Positions 29,526 through 38,807 of a DNA stretch of 64,000 nt are shown in pieces. This DNA comes from Candidatus Enterousia sp. (lineage in GTDB: Bacteria > Pseudomonadota > Alphaproteobacteria > Rs-D84). The notes beneath the pieces were generated by a model. That model saw only the letters and a list, made by a program, of their open reading frames with translations. It searched no databases and was not told the origin of the DNA. Both the position numbers and the translations under genes were made by a program. The DNA is taken from NCBI GenBank assembly GCA_045539815.1, contig JAZQGC010000009.1, positions 9,064 through 73,063 of the forward strand. The letters run 5' to 3'. Numbering within the stretch: the first letter of the stretch is position 1; the number at the start of each line of letters is the position of its first letter.

Positions 29526-29601
29526 GGATGCGTAGCTCAGTTGGTAGAGCAACTGACTCTTAATCAGTGGGTCCAGGGTTCGAGTCCCTGCGCGTCCACC
29601 A
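29526..29601 (+). tRNA. tRNA-Lys (anticodon CTT)
   Basis: Cloverleaf with acceptor stem GGATGCG/CGCGTCC, D-arm GCTCAGTTGGTAGAGC, anticodon loop CTCTTAA, T-arm CAGGGTTCGAGTCCCTG, and an encoded 3' ACCA. Confidence 0.85.
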
Positions 29602-29613
29602 CGATAAAAATAG

Positions 29614-29640
29614 TCCCCCATGTGTTGGGGGATTTTTTTC
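29614..29640 (+). terminator. intrinsic terminator after tRNA-Lys
   Basis: tccccca-tgtgt-tggggga followed by T7. Confidence 0.7.
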
Positions 29641-29773
29641 TGCTGTAAGTCTTTGTTATGATTTGATTCTCAGGTAATCATACCTATGCAAATATTGGTA
29701 AAGCATTGATACAATCAAAGTGTTGACATGAAACTTTTATATCTAAAAAAAAACTAAACAAAAAGGAGAAAAA

Positions 29774-30388
29774 ATGAAAAAGTTAGCAATATCAACACTG
29801 GCGGTGCTGATGGCATGTCCAGCGTTTGCAGGAATTAATCATCCTGATCAGGGCAGTTCTTGGCAGATGTGGGGTATGGACCCTTATATCGGTCTGCGTG
29901 GCGGTATGAGTTATTCTAATTTAAATTATAAATATGATGGTAACAAAGAATCTATTACTGATTTTATATTCCAGGGTCGTGCAGCATTGGGGTTAGAGGT
30001 TTGTGATACAGTACGTTCTGAAATTGAATGGACTTATTTTGGCAAAACATCTGACAGTAAAAACTTTGGTGTCGCAGGTGATATTGATGTAAAAGCAAAA
30101 ATGCAAACATTGTTGTGGAATAACTATATGGAATTTGGACCATATAAAATTGTTCGACCATTTGCAGGTTTGGGCGTTGGTATGGCGTTCACAGATGTTA
30201 AACATAGTGGCGAATTAATTGAAGACGGCAGCAGCGATAAAACACGTTTCTCGGCAATGGGAACAGTGGGCGTAACATTTGATATGGAACGTTTCGCAGT
30301 TGATTTGGCCGCACGTTACACATATGTGGATATCAATTCTGGTATGCATAACTTTGGTGGCGATGTCGGTATCAGATTTATGTTCTAA
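29774..30388 (+). CDS. small outer-membrane beta-barrel protein (OmpA-like 8-strand / opacity-porin family)
   Basis: RBS aaaaggag, a signal peptide, and a C-terminal IRFMF. About 200 aa with alternating strands. Confidence 0.6.
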   Translation: MKKLAISTLAVLMACPAFAGINHPDQGSSWQMWGMDPYIGLRGGMSYSNLNYKYDGNKESITDFIFQGRAALGLEVCDTVRSEIEWTYFGKTSDSKNFGVAGDIDVKAKMQTLLWNNYMEFGPYKIVRPFAGLGVGMAFTDVKHSGELIEDGSSDKTRFSAMGTVGVTFDMERFAVDLAARYTYVDINSGMHNFGGDVGIRFMF

Positions 30389-30410
30389 ATATCAGCCCCA
30401 AAATCGTATG

Positions 30411-30438
30411 ATACCCCGTTTATACGGGGTATTTTTTA
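30411..30438 (+). terminator. intrinsic terminator
   Basis: ataccccgt-tta-acggggtat followed by T6. Confidence 0.65.
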
Positions 30439-30540
30439 TTGTTGGACCAATGATTGTGCGATTCGTAAAAATGGGTTAATCTGTTTGAATTTATGACGTA
30501 TATTGGTTGTTTATATCTGGTGTTAATATTGATAAATAAT

Positions 30541-30569
30541 AAAAAACACCCCAGATGGGGTGTTTTTTA
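30541..30569. terminator. intrinsic terminator (serves the minus-strand gene; A-run/T-run flanks)
   Basis: A5-acacccc-agat-ggggtgt-T6. Confidence 0.6.
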
Positions 30570-30923
30570 AACTAATTTTGCCAGTGCTAATTTGTTTAGA
30601 AATCCTTCTTCGATTGCGCTTAGCAAAGAATTGATTCCTTCGTTGGTTTCGTTTGACATTTGTATTTCTTCTAGTTCAGATATAATGGTTTCGCACATGT
30701 GTGTTAAATTTAAATCGATTAGTTTGGGGTTTAATAAGTTTGGTTTGAAAATGCTTTTTTTGCCATTGGCCATAAAATACGATTCGGCAATGTTGTCAAC
30801 CCATGTGTCTATTTCTTCTGTCAGTCTGTCAAATAACAAGTGGTGTGCATAGTTGTCTGTGGACCAGTGTTTTATTTTGCAAGCATATTTAAATGCGATT
30901 AATTGTTGTAATAATTCGTACAT
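30567..30923 (-). CDS. short ferritin-like/Dps-like protein (tentative)
   Basis: KHWSTDNYAHHLLFDRLTEEIDTWVDNIAESY resembles the Dps pattern HW-V-G--F--LH--LD…D-IAER. At 118 aa it is shorter than a canonical Dps. Confidence 0.35.
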   Translation of the reverse strand: MYELLQQLIAFKYACKIKHWSTDNYAHHLLFDRLTEEIDTWVDNIAESYFMANGKKSIFKPNLLNPKLIDLNLTHMCETIISELEEIQMSNETNEGINSLLSAIEEGFLNKLALAKLV

Positions 30924-31118
30924 GTTTTTTTCTCCCTGGGGGTTGGTTATAAGTTTATTTTATCATGTATAAATAATACTGGTATAGGAACCATGTCAAT
31001 CGCGTCTGTACGCATGAAATCCGGCATTTTTTCTTAGGCAATCAAACCTAGGGCTTTTGAAAAAAATATAATATAAAATTCTGTTACGTAACCCAGAACA
31101 AAAAAAGGAGAACTTGAT

Positions 31119-31670
31119 ATGAAAAACTTAACAAAAAAAATGATAACAATTGCGTCTGTTATTGGTGCGGTTGTTTTGTTGGCCGGTTGTAATACTTGTC
31201 CTGCAAAAAAACATCACAAGGCACACAATGTTAAATATGCACAACCTGTAGAAATGGTAGAATCTGATACAATCGTTGTTTATCAAACATACGAAGATTC
31301 AGATGTTAATCACTTGTATGCAAAAATGTATACGCACAGCAGCCGTGGTGGCGAATCCAGAATGGGGCATATTAAATTCCGTGAAACAGACAGCGGTCTG
31401 AAAATGGAAGTTGATTTGAAGGATTTGCGCGCAGGTGTGCCATATACTGTTCGCTTGTATCAATGTCAGACATGCAATAATGATGCAAAATGCTGCACAA
31501 AATCTCATATGATGAACATTAATTTGCCAATGTTGGAAACAGGTATCAGTGGCCGTTTAAAACAGACCTATATGATCCAGGGATTAAACGCAGCCCAGAT
31601 AGACGGTGCAAATATTTATCTGGAACGCGATGGCGGTTACAAGGCCGGTTGGGGTAAATTAGAAAAATAA
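31119..31670 (+). CDS. lipoprotein with Cu/Zn-superoxide-dismutase-like (SodC) fold lacking the metal-binding histidines (tentative)
   Basis: Lipobox LLAGC. GHIKFRETDSGLKMEVDLKDLRAGVPYTVRLYQCQ parallels the SodC pattern G-V-F-Q--G-V-V-G-I-GL-PG-HGFHVHE, with the His residues replaced. Confidence 0.4.
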   Translation: MKNLTKKMITIASVIGAVVLLAGCNTCPAKKHHKAHNVKYAQPVEMVESDTIVVYQTYEDSDVNHLYAKMYTHSSRGGESRMGHIKFRETDSGLKMEVDLKDLRAGVPYTVRLYQCQTCNNDAKCCTKSHMMNINLPMLETGISGRLKQTYMIQGLNAAQIDGANIYLERDGGYKAGWGKLEK

Positions 31671-31693
31671 TTTTACAGATTGTGTGCTTAAAA

Positions 31694-31723
31694 CACCCCA
31701 GGGTAACCGGGGTGTTTTTTTCT
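31694..31723 (+). terminator. intrinsic terminator
   Basis: acacccc-agggtaacc-ggggtgt followed by T7. Confidence 0.6.
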
Positions 31724-31758
31724 TTGTGATTATATTCTGGTTCTGTTAATATGCCGAT

Positions 31759-33303
31759 ATGTTCAAAAGGTTGTTATTCGTTTTGTTGTTTTGTGGGGCG
31801 CATGTGTGCGCAAATGCCACAATTGTAACTAATGATATTTGGGGCGCGCAAAAGACATTTAATACAGATTTTTCTGTCAGTGAAAATGTTACTGTCGCAC
31901 CAAATGATGTATATTTGTCGCAATCGGTGAATATTTATAACCAAGGATTAATAAAAACAAATATTCATGTGTGTGACAGATGTCATGTTTATGTTCAGAA
32001 TTCTGGGGTGATTGATTCTGAATTTGTCTTGGGGACAGATGCCAAGATGTTTCAAGTTGTTAATACAAAACAGGATTTAAATGCAATTAATACAAATGCC
32101 GATTATGTTGTTCTGGTGACAAGCGATGATGTGTTGTCTTTGTCTGATGTTGTTAATATGGCAGGAACAGCCCAGGGAGTGGTTGTTGAAAATACAAAAT
32201 TAAATGTAGATTCTGTGCCAGATAATAAATCGTTGCCGATTGATATTGGTGATAATGTGGTCTTGGTCGTTAATGATACAACAGAATTAGATGGTGTGGT
32301 TTTGTTGGATAATGTTCAGGGTGGGTGGTCTGTGCGTTTTGAAGAGCAGAATTCTGATCCAATGTATTCTGTTACGGGTGCGATTAATAATGGCAGATTG
32401 TCGATTAATCGCATGCGCGAAACAAACTATGCAATTGTCCTGGAAAACGATAAGCGTGGTATGTTCTTGAATGAATTGCGGGAACAGGGTGGGGCGGAAA
32501 AGCTGTTTTCGCATCTGGACAGTGCGCCAGATATGAAAGCACTGGATGATATAATGATGCGGTCAGCGCGTTTTAATTTGGATGTTTTGTTGCAACCCGT
32601 ACAAACAATGTATGCATTTGATATGTTGCGTTATGATTTTGCGTCTGTGTTGTCTGGTGCTGATGCGTATGCCATTACGGCAGATGACTATTTTATATAT
32701 GGTTTAAATTTGAAACATAATATGAACCTGTCTGATGGGGTTAGTATTGGTGTTGGTGTGCGTGTTGGACAGATGGAATATAAGTCTGATTTGGATGATT
32801 TTTCAGCCTTGAATTATGGGTTGAATTTAAATGTGAAATATAAATTCTTGTCAGATGCGTTTGTGCGGACAGATGTGGTTGCGATGATGTCTGATTTTGA
32901 TATTGGATTGGTCAGTTACGATAATAATGTTATTTCAAATCCGCGTGCATTATCAGGATATTGGTTAACTGATATTGGATATAAATTTGATTTGTCCGAT
33001 TCGTTTTATTTGACACCGTATGTTGGTTGTGTTGTTGATTATTATAATCTGGAAGATATTGTGCAATCTGACGCGGTTGGTCGTGTTGGTATGGATATGG
33101 GGTATACTTTTGAATTTTCAGGAATTCGTTATAATTATGACGCGCGAATTGGGTTGAATAATTTTGCTGATATTGTGGCATCTGGACGAATCGGTGTGTG
33201 GTCAGATATCGATTCGTTTGGTGGTGATGTTACTGTATCGGTTATATCAATGACAGATGTTGTTTCTTATGGTGTATCGGCAAATTTGAAATTTGCATTT
33301 TAA
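31759..33303 (+). CDS. autotransporter-like outer membrane protein (passenger region plus C-terminal beta-barrel)
   Basis: Signal peptide MFKRLLFVLLFCGAHVCANA, an N-terminal half of about 250 aa, a C-terminal half with alternating strands, and a terminal LKFAF. Confidence 0.45.
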   Translation: MFKRLLFVLLFCGAHVCANATIVTNDIWGAQKTFNTDFSVSENVTVAPNDVYLSQSVNIYNQGLIKTNIHVCDRCHVYVQNSGVIDSEFVLGTDAKMFQVVNTKQDLNAINTNADYVVLVTSDDVLSLSDVVNMAGTAQGVVVENTKLNVDSVPDNKSLPIDIGDNVVLVVNDTTELDGVVLLDNVQGGWSVRFEEQNSDPMYSVTGAINNGRLSINRMRETNYAIVLENDKRGMFLNELREQGGAEKLFSHLDSAPDMKALDDIMMRSARFNLDVLLQPVQTMYAFDMLRYDFASVLSGADAYAITADDYFIYGLNLKHNMNLSDGVSIGVGVRVGQMEYKSDLDDFSALNYGLNLNVKYKFLSDAFVRTDVVAMMSDFDIGLVSYDNNVISNPRALSGYWLTDIGYKFDLSDSFYLTPYVGCVVDYYNLEDIVQSDAVGRVGMDMGYTFEFSGIRYNYDARIGLNNFADIVASGRIGVWSDIDSFGGDVTVSVISMTDVVSYGVSANLKFAF

Positions 33304-34607
33304 CAAGAAACTATTTCACCACGCAATGATGCCTTGTTCGCAGCAGTAATTTTTATCTGGACCAATTCTGGCGCGGTGCCGTTGTCGGGTGCAGGTACAA
33401 TACATTGCTGCATATATGGCGTGCGATATATTAATTTTGTTCCTGTTTTGTCGGGACCTTCAAGCAGGCAGGTTAATGTTTTTTCAATGCAACTGATATT
33501 AAATTCGCGTTGAATTTCATTTAAGTAATTATCCAATATTGCCAGACGTTGCGCCTTGGTATTTTCTGGGATTTGATCTGGCATAATTGCCGCCGCAGTA
33601 TGTGGACGTGGCGAATATTTAAATGAATAAGAATTTATATATCTGACTTGTTCGGCAATTTTCATTGTTTGTTCGAAATCCGAATCGGTTTCGCCAGGGA
33701 ATCCAACAATAAAGTCAGATGATATTTGTATGTCCGGACGTGCAATTCGCAGTTTACGAATTATGTCTGAATATAATTCCAGTGTGTATGGACGATTCAT
33801 GCGTTGTAAAATATTTTGTGAACCACTTTGAATAGGCATGTTTAAAAATGGCAACAATTTTGGTTCTGTTGCAAACATTTCTATCAGGTCATCAGTCATT
33901 TCTGTTGGATAACTGGATGTAAAGCGTATACGCATGATTTCTGGGATTTTTGCCGTTTCGCGGATTAAATCAGACAGGCGGTATGTTTTGCCATTTTTGT
34001 CTGTGTATTTATAACCGTTAACGTTTTGTCCCAAGAAACAAATTTCAATTGCGCCTGTTTTTGCCGCGTGAATTGTGTCACGCATGCATGCGTCAAAATC
34101 ACGTGATAATTCGCGTCCGCGTGTATATGGTACGATGCAGTATGTGCAACAATGGTTGCAGCCTTCTTGGATTGGAATATATGCCACGCGTGGTGATTTT
34201 ACCATTTGGGGCAGGGTATCAAATTTTTCCAAACCACCCAGGTCAATATTCAATAATTTTGCATCTGGATTGTCCAGTATGTCTGATAATTTATGATGGC
34301 TTTGTGGGCCCAGAACAAAATTTAAGTCCGGGATTCTGCGAAACGCGTCGGCGCCAGATTCCCGTGCAACACAACCGACAATGCCGAACAGGGCGGATGG
34401 CTTTTTTGCGCGTCTGATGCGCCCCAGTGCAGAAAAAACTTTATCCGTTGCCTTGGCACGAACAGCGCATGTGTTCAGTATAATTATGTCTGCGTCAGGA
34501 ATACGGTCGGTACGTTGCATACCACGATGTTCCAACATCGCGGCGATTCGCCAACTGTCGTAAACATTCATCTGACAACCAAAGGTTTGGATAAAGAATT
34601 TTTTCAT
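33300..34607 (-). CDS. miaB: tRNA-i6A37 methylthiotransferase MiaB
   Basis: MTTase N-terminal domain FIQTFGCQMN, radical-SAM motif CNHCCTYC, and a TRAM domain. Confidence 0.85.
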   Translation of the reverse strand: MKKFFIQTFGCQMNVYDSWRIAAMLEHRGMQRTDRIPDADIIILNTCAVRAKATDKVFSALGRIRRAKKPSALFGIVGCVARESGADAFRRIPDLNFVLGPQSHHKLSDILDNPDAKLLNIDLGGLEKFDTLPQMVKSPRVAYIPIQEGCNHCCTYCIVPYTRGRELSRDFDACMRDTIHAAKTGAIEICFLGQNVNGYKYTDKNGKTYRLSDLIRETAKIPEIMRIRFTSSYPTEMTDDLIEMFATEPKLLPFLNMPIQSGSQNILQRMNRPYTLELYSDIIRKLRIARPDIQISSDFIVGFPGETDSDFEQTMKIAEQVRYINSYSFKYSPRPHTAAAIMPDQIPENTKAQRLAILDNYLNEIQREFNISCIEKTLTCLLEGPDKTGTKLIYRTPYMQQCIVPAPDNGTAPELVQIKITAANKASLRGEIVSC

Positions 34608-34621
34608 GAGTGCTTTTCTTT

Positions 34622-36142
34622 TTATGCTAATTTGTTGCGCAAGATTTCATTTACGACCGCTGGGTTGGCTGTGCCACCAGTTTTTTTCATGACGTTGCCT
34701 ACAAAGAAGCCCAGTAATCCGACCTTGCCAGATTTGTATTGTTCAACCTGGGATGGGTTTGATGCGATAACTTCGTCAACAATTGCTTCGATTGCGCCAG
34801 TGTCTGTCATTTGCTTCATGCCAAATTTATCTGCGATTTCGCGTGGGGTGCCATTTTCCCCATCTAACATTTTGATAAATATTTCTTTGGCCTGTTTTCC
34901 GTTGATGGTGTTGTCGCCAATCATGTCAACCAGTTCTGATATGTCAGATGGTGTGATAATGCGCATGCCGTCAACAATGCCGGACTTGGTGTTTTCAATG
35001 TCATAGTTTTCTGGGTGCGCAAATAATTCAGAAATCATCCAGTTCGCAACAGATTTTGCGCGTTTTTTATCCCCGTTTACAGCAGTGTCGTACCAGCGTG
35101 ATATGTCAACCGTTTCTGTTAAACGTGCAGCGTCGTATTCAGACAGCCCGAATTCCGCCGTATAGCGCGCGCGTGTTGCAGATGGTAATTCTGGCATTGT
35201 ACGGCGAATGCTTTCGATTTGTTCATCGCTGATTTCCAGTGGTAATAAATCAGGATCTGGGAAATAGCGATAATCCAATGCGTCTTCTTTGCTGCGCATA
35301 ACTGATGTTGTACCTTCGCCTTGGTTATAGCGCATAGTGTCTTGGGAAACAGTGCCACCGTTTTCATAGATTTCGATTTGACGGCGCGCCTCGTATTCGA
35401 TGGCGGATTTAATAAATTTAAATGACACCATGTTTTTTGTTTCTGTACGGGTGCGAAATTCTGTTGAACCCACCGGACGAACAGAAACATTTACGTCTGC
35501 ACGCATTGAACCTTCTTCCATGTTTGCGCGGGATACGCCCAATGCGCGTGCGATTTCACGGATTTCACGCAGATATTTTTCTGCTTCGTCTGGGGATGAA
35601 ATATAGGAATTATTTTCAGGATTTTTTGTATCAAGGAAAGTTACGATTTCCAGCAATGCAACACCCGTGCGGTTATAGTCTGCAAATGATTTTGTCGGGT
35701 GTACATCGTGTTTTAATTTACCAGCGTCTTGTTCCAAATGTGCACGTTCGATAAAAATCTTTTTAGGATTGCCGTCGTCACCCATAATTTCAACCCAGCC
35801 ACGACCAACAACAGGTGGTTCTTCGGCCGGTTGTGAAATCTGATAGCCCTGGGGCAGGTCAGGGTAAAAATATTGTTTACGTGCAAATTTGCTGCGACGA
35901 GATATTTCAGCGTTCAGTCCCAGCCCCATTTTTATGGCTTGTTCTACGCAGTATTTGTTCAAAACCGGTAACATACCAGGCATCGCAACATCAATCATTG
36001 AAACCTGGGTGTTTGGGGATACGCTGGGGTTATAATCCGCAGAAGCACCACTGAATAATTTTGCGTTTGATAATACTTCGATATGTGTTTCCAGACCAAT
36101 TACCAGTTCCCAATCACATGTTTTGCCTTTTATCGTAAACAT
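34622..36142 (-). CDS. gatB: Asp/Glu-tRNA amidotransferase subunit B
   Basis: GatB N-terminal motif WELVIGLETHIEV and a YqeY-like C-terminal domain. Confidence 0.9.
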   Translation of the reverse strand: MFTIKGKTCDWELVIGLETHIEVLSNAKLFSGASADYNPSVSPNTQVSMIDVAMPGMLPVLNKYCVEQAIKMGLGLNAEISRRSKFARKQYFYPDLPQGYQISQPAEEPPVVGRGWVEIMGDDGNPKKIFIERAHLEQDAGKLKHDVHPTKSFADYNRTGVALLEIVTFLDTKNPENNSYISSPDEAEKYLREIREIARALGVSRANMEEGSMRADVNVSVRPVGSTEFRTRTETKNMVSFKFIKSAIEYEARRQIEIYENGGTVSQDTMRYNQGEGTTSVMRSKEDALDYRYFPDPDLLPLEISDEQIESIRRTMPELPSATRARYTAEFGLSEYDAARLTETVDISRWYDTAVNGDKKRAKSVANWMISELFAHPENYDIENTKSGIVDGMRIITPSDISELVDMIGDNTINGKQAKEIFIKMLDGENGTPREIADKFGMKQMTDTGAIEAIVDEVIASNPSQVEQYKSGKVGLLGFFVGNVMKKTGGTANPAVVNEILRNKLA

Positions 36143-36197
36143 TTTTTCTTTTTCCCTTGATTTTTTATTTTTTGTATCTTATTATTGTCCTCGCGTT

Positions 36198-36273
36198 GGC
36201 TAGGTAGCTCAGTTGGTAGAGCAAGGGACTGAAAATCCCTGTGTCGGCGGTTCGATTCCGTCCCTAGCCACCA
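36198..36273 (+). tRNA. tRNA-Phe (anticodon GAA)
   Basis: Acceptor stem GGCTAGG/CCTAGCC, anticodon loop CTGAAAA, T-arm GGCGGTTCGATTCCGTC, and an encoded ACCA. Confidence 0.85.
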
Positions 36274-36287
36274 TCATCTCCTTTCTT

Positions 36288-36311
36288 TCGACCGTTGCGG
36301 TCGATTTTTTT
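36288..36311 (+). terminator. intrinsic terminator after tRNA-Phe
   Basis: tcgaccg-ttg-cggtcga followed by T7. Confidence 0.7.
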
Positions 36312-36343
36312 ATTGATAAAAGAGATGATGTGCAGTTCATATT

Positions 36344-37810
36344 TTATTTTCCCATAATTGTTGTTGGGCGGTTATCAATGCTTGATGCGATTTCGATGTG
36401 CTTTGCCAACTGTAAAACGCGCATATCGTCAAAGCGACGGCCGATAACCTGTAATCCCAATGGCAGACCGTTTTGTGCCAAACCTGCGGGTACGCTGCAT
36501 GCAGGAACGCCAACCAGGTTCATCGCAACGGTAAATAAATCCAGTGCGTAATATTCCAGTGGCGATAAATCCGAATCCAGTGGCATGGCGGTACCAGCGC
36601 TGGATGGACACAGTATCAAATCGCATTGTTCGAATGCGCTGTTGAAACTGTCTGATAACATACGGCGTACACGTGCAGCCTGCATAAAGTATACTTCGTA
36701 AGATTCGCTGGATAATACGGCGGTTCCAATAATCATACGGCGTTGAACTTCATCGCTAAAGCCGGCCGCGCGTGTTTTTTTGTATGTGTCTATTAAATCG
36801 TTGCCTTCGACACGCAGACCATAACGCATGCCGTCATAGCGTGCCAGGTTCGATGATGCTTCGGCTGGGGCGATAATGTAATATGCCGCCAATGCGTCCA
36901 AGATATTTGGAATCGATACTTCGACAATTTCGGCACCCATTGATTTTAAATCGTTCAGACGGGCATTAAATAAATCTTTCATATCCTGGGATACTTCGAC
37001 ATCCATAAATTCTTTGATTATGCCAACGCGTAATTTTTTGCCATTGCCCAAGATTGGTTCCAGTGGACCGTTGCAGGTAAATCCGTTTGTTGCGCTGGTC
37101 GATTCGCGTGGGTCGTGTCCCGCCATGGCAGACAACATTAATGCCGCGTCATCTGATGTGCGGGCAATTGGACCAGGGGTGTCCAGACTGGATGCATATG
37201 CAACGCACCCCCAACGTGAACACAGACCGTATGTTGGTTTCATTCCAACCAATCCCGTGATTGCTGCCGGAAAACGGATTGAACCACCCGTATCTGTACC
37301 TGTGGCGGCGATTGCCAAACCGGATGCAACCGCAGATGACGAACCACCCGAAGAACCGCCGGCGGTCAGGCGTTTTTCCATTTGCCATGGATTGACCGGT
37401 GCGCCAAAGAAACTGGTCTTGCTGAATGTGCCCATTGCAAATTCGTCCAGGTTTGCCTTGCCCAACAGGACTGTTCCGGCATCAATACATTTTTGTGATA
37501 CTGTTGATTCATATTCTGGGACGAAATTTTCCAACATGCGTGATGCGGCGGTTGTGCGAATGCCGCGTGTTGCAAACATATCTTTCATTGCGATTGGTGC
37601 ACCGTCCAAAAAGCGTGCTTCGCCCGCAGCACGACGTGCGTCAGATGCAGCGGCATCCATCATTGCGCGTTCAGGTGTTGTTGTGATATAACAATTTAAA
37701 TCTGCACCATATTTTTCGATACGGTCCAGGTACGCGCGTGTTAATTCAACGGCGCTTATTTCACGGTTGTTCAGTTTTTGTAATGCTTCGGTCAATGTTA
37801 AGTTTATCAT
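36344..37810 (-). CDS. gatA: Asp/Glu-tRNA amidotransferase subunit A (amidase signature)
   Basis: Amidase signature GGSSGGSSSAVASG with Ser-cisSer-Lys triad context. Confidence 0.9.
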   Translation of the reverse strand: MINLTLTEALQKLNNREISAVELTRAYLDRIEKYGADLNCYITTTPERAMMDAAASDARRAAGEARFLDGAPIAMKDMFATRGIRTTAASRMLENFVPEYESTVSQKCIDAGTVLLGKANLDEFAMGTFSKTSFFGAPVNPWQMEKRLTAGGSSGGSSSAVASGLAIAATGTDTGGSIRFPAAITGLVGMKPTYGLCSRWGCVAYASSLDTPGPIARTSDDAALMLSAMAGHDPRESTSATNGFTCNGPLEPILGNGKKLRVGIIKEFMDVEVSQDMKDLFNARLNDLKSMGAEIVEVSIPNILDALAAYYIIAPAEASSNLARYDGMRYGLRVEGNDLIDTYKKTRAAGFSDEVQRRMIIGTAVLSSESYEVYFMQAARVRRMLSDSFNSAFEQCDLILCPSSAGTAMPLDSDLSPLEYYALDLFTVAMNLVGVPACSVPAGLAQNGLPLGLQVIGRRFDDMRVLQLAKHIEIASSIDNRPTTIMGK

Positions 37811-37990
37811 CTTTTCTTCTTTTACTTTTGTTTGTCTTTTTGTGCAATTTTATCGGTGTTAAAAACATTCATCAGTTCTTTTAATTCATCTGAACCAATA
37901 TACCCCAGATGTGCAACATGGTTTGGGTAATGTTCGTACTGTTCGTATTGAACAAAATTTACAGGAATGTTCTTGTTAGGTGTCATTTGT

Positions 37991-38287
37991 TTAGTCCCCA
38001 TCCATAACCTTGGGTACTGCGAAATAACCGCGCGATGTGCCGGCGTTGTCAGGCGTGTTTGCCAAAACCAAATCACGAATGTTGCCGTCAGTGACAACAT
38101 CTTCGCGTTGGGGCAGGGTGTGTTCGGCCGGACTTAACATTGGGTCAATCCCGGTGGTGTCAATCTGTTGAACCTTGTCCAGCCATTCTATAACAGAATC
38201 GATATTCATCTGTTCCAGTTTTTCTGGACTGATTTCAATGCGAATTAAATCTGCAAATTTTTGTAATTGTTGCTTGCTAAATGCCAT
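37991..38287 (-). CDS. gatC: Asp/Glu-tRNA amidotransferase subunit C
   Basis: About 95 aa, with the GatC pattern QQLQKFADLIRIEISPEKLEQM…. Confidence 0.8.
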   Translation of the reverse strand: MAFSKQQLQKFADLIRIEISPEKLEQMNIDSVIEWLDKVQQIDTTGIDPMLSPAEHTLPQREDVVTDGNIRDLVLANTPDNAGTSRGYFAVPKVMDGD

Positions 38288-38323
38288 TTTGAATCCTATA
38301 TTAAAAACAAAGGAAATTATACA

Positions 38324-38773
38324 ATGATTTTACCAGATTTCAAGGCTTTTCCGCGTATGGGGCGTATATTAGGGGTTGATTGGGGACTGCGACGTGTTGG
38401 TGTTGCAATTTCAGACCCTTCTCGTCAGTTTGTTTTTACTCGTCCTGGGGTGATGTTTAAGGCGGGGGTGCAAAATCATGCGGATGTGATTGCCGCCGCG
38501 GCCGTCCAAGAAGGGGTCGTGGGGATTGTGCTTGGTTTGCCAATCAGAAATGATGGCAGTGAATCAGAAACAACAAAAATGGTTCGTGATTTTGCAAATC
38601 GGTTGGCTGAAAAAACAGAATTACCAATTGTATTCATAGAAGAAAATTTAACATCTGCCACGGCCCAAGAAGATATGGGTCGGGTCAGGGTGCGCGATTT
38701 AAAAGAAAATTTAGATTCAGAATCTGCGCGTGTGATACTGGAAAATGCAATTGCAATAATTAACCGGTCTTAG
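38324..38773 (+). CDS. ruvX: Holliday-junction resolvase-like RNase RuvX/YqgF
   Basis: ILGVDWGLRRVGVAISD and the RNase H-like fold motifs. Confidence 0.8.
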   Translation: MILPDFKAFPRMGRILGVDWGLRRVGVAISDPSRQFVFTRPGVMFKAGVQNHADVIAAAAVQEGVVGIVLGLPIRNDGSESETTKMVRDFANRLAEKTELPIVFIEENLTSATAQEDMGRVRVRDLKENLDSESARVILENAIAIINRS

Positions 38774-38790
38774 AAAAAGACCGGTTTTTA
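38762..38790. terminator. intrinsic terminator (overlaps the ruvX stop codon)
   Basis: aaccggtctt-agaaa-aagaccggtt followed by T5. Confidence 0.65.
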
Positions 38791-38807
38791 TGTGTATAGC
38801 GCGATTT

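Noticed and set aside
37822-38100. Full 92-aa minus-strand ORF overlapping gatC
   Set aside because: Its upstream part overlaps gatC out of frame. Only the downstream 54-aa portion (37825-37986), which fits exactly between gatC and gatA, is retained as a candidate.
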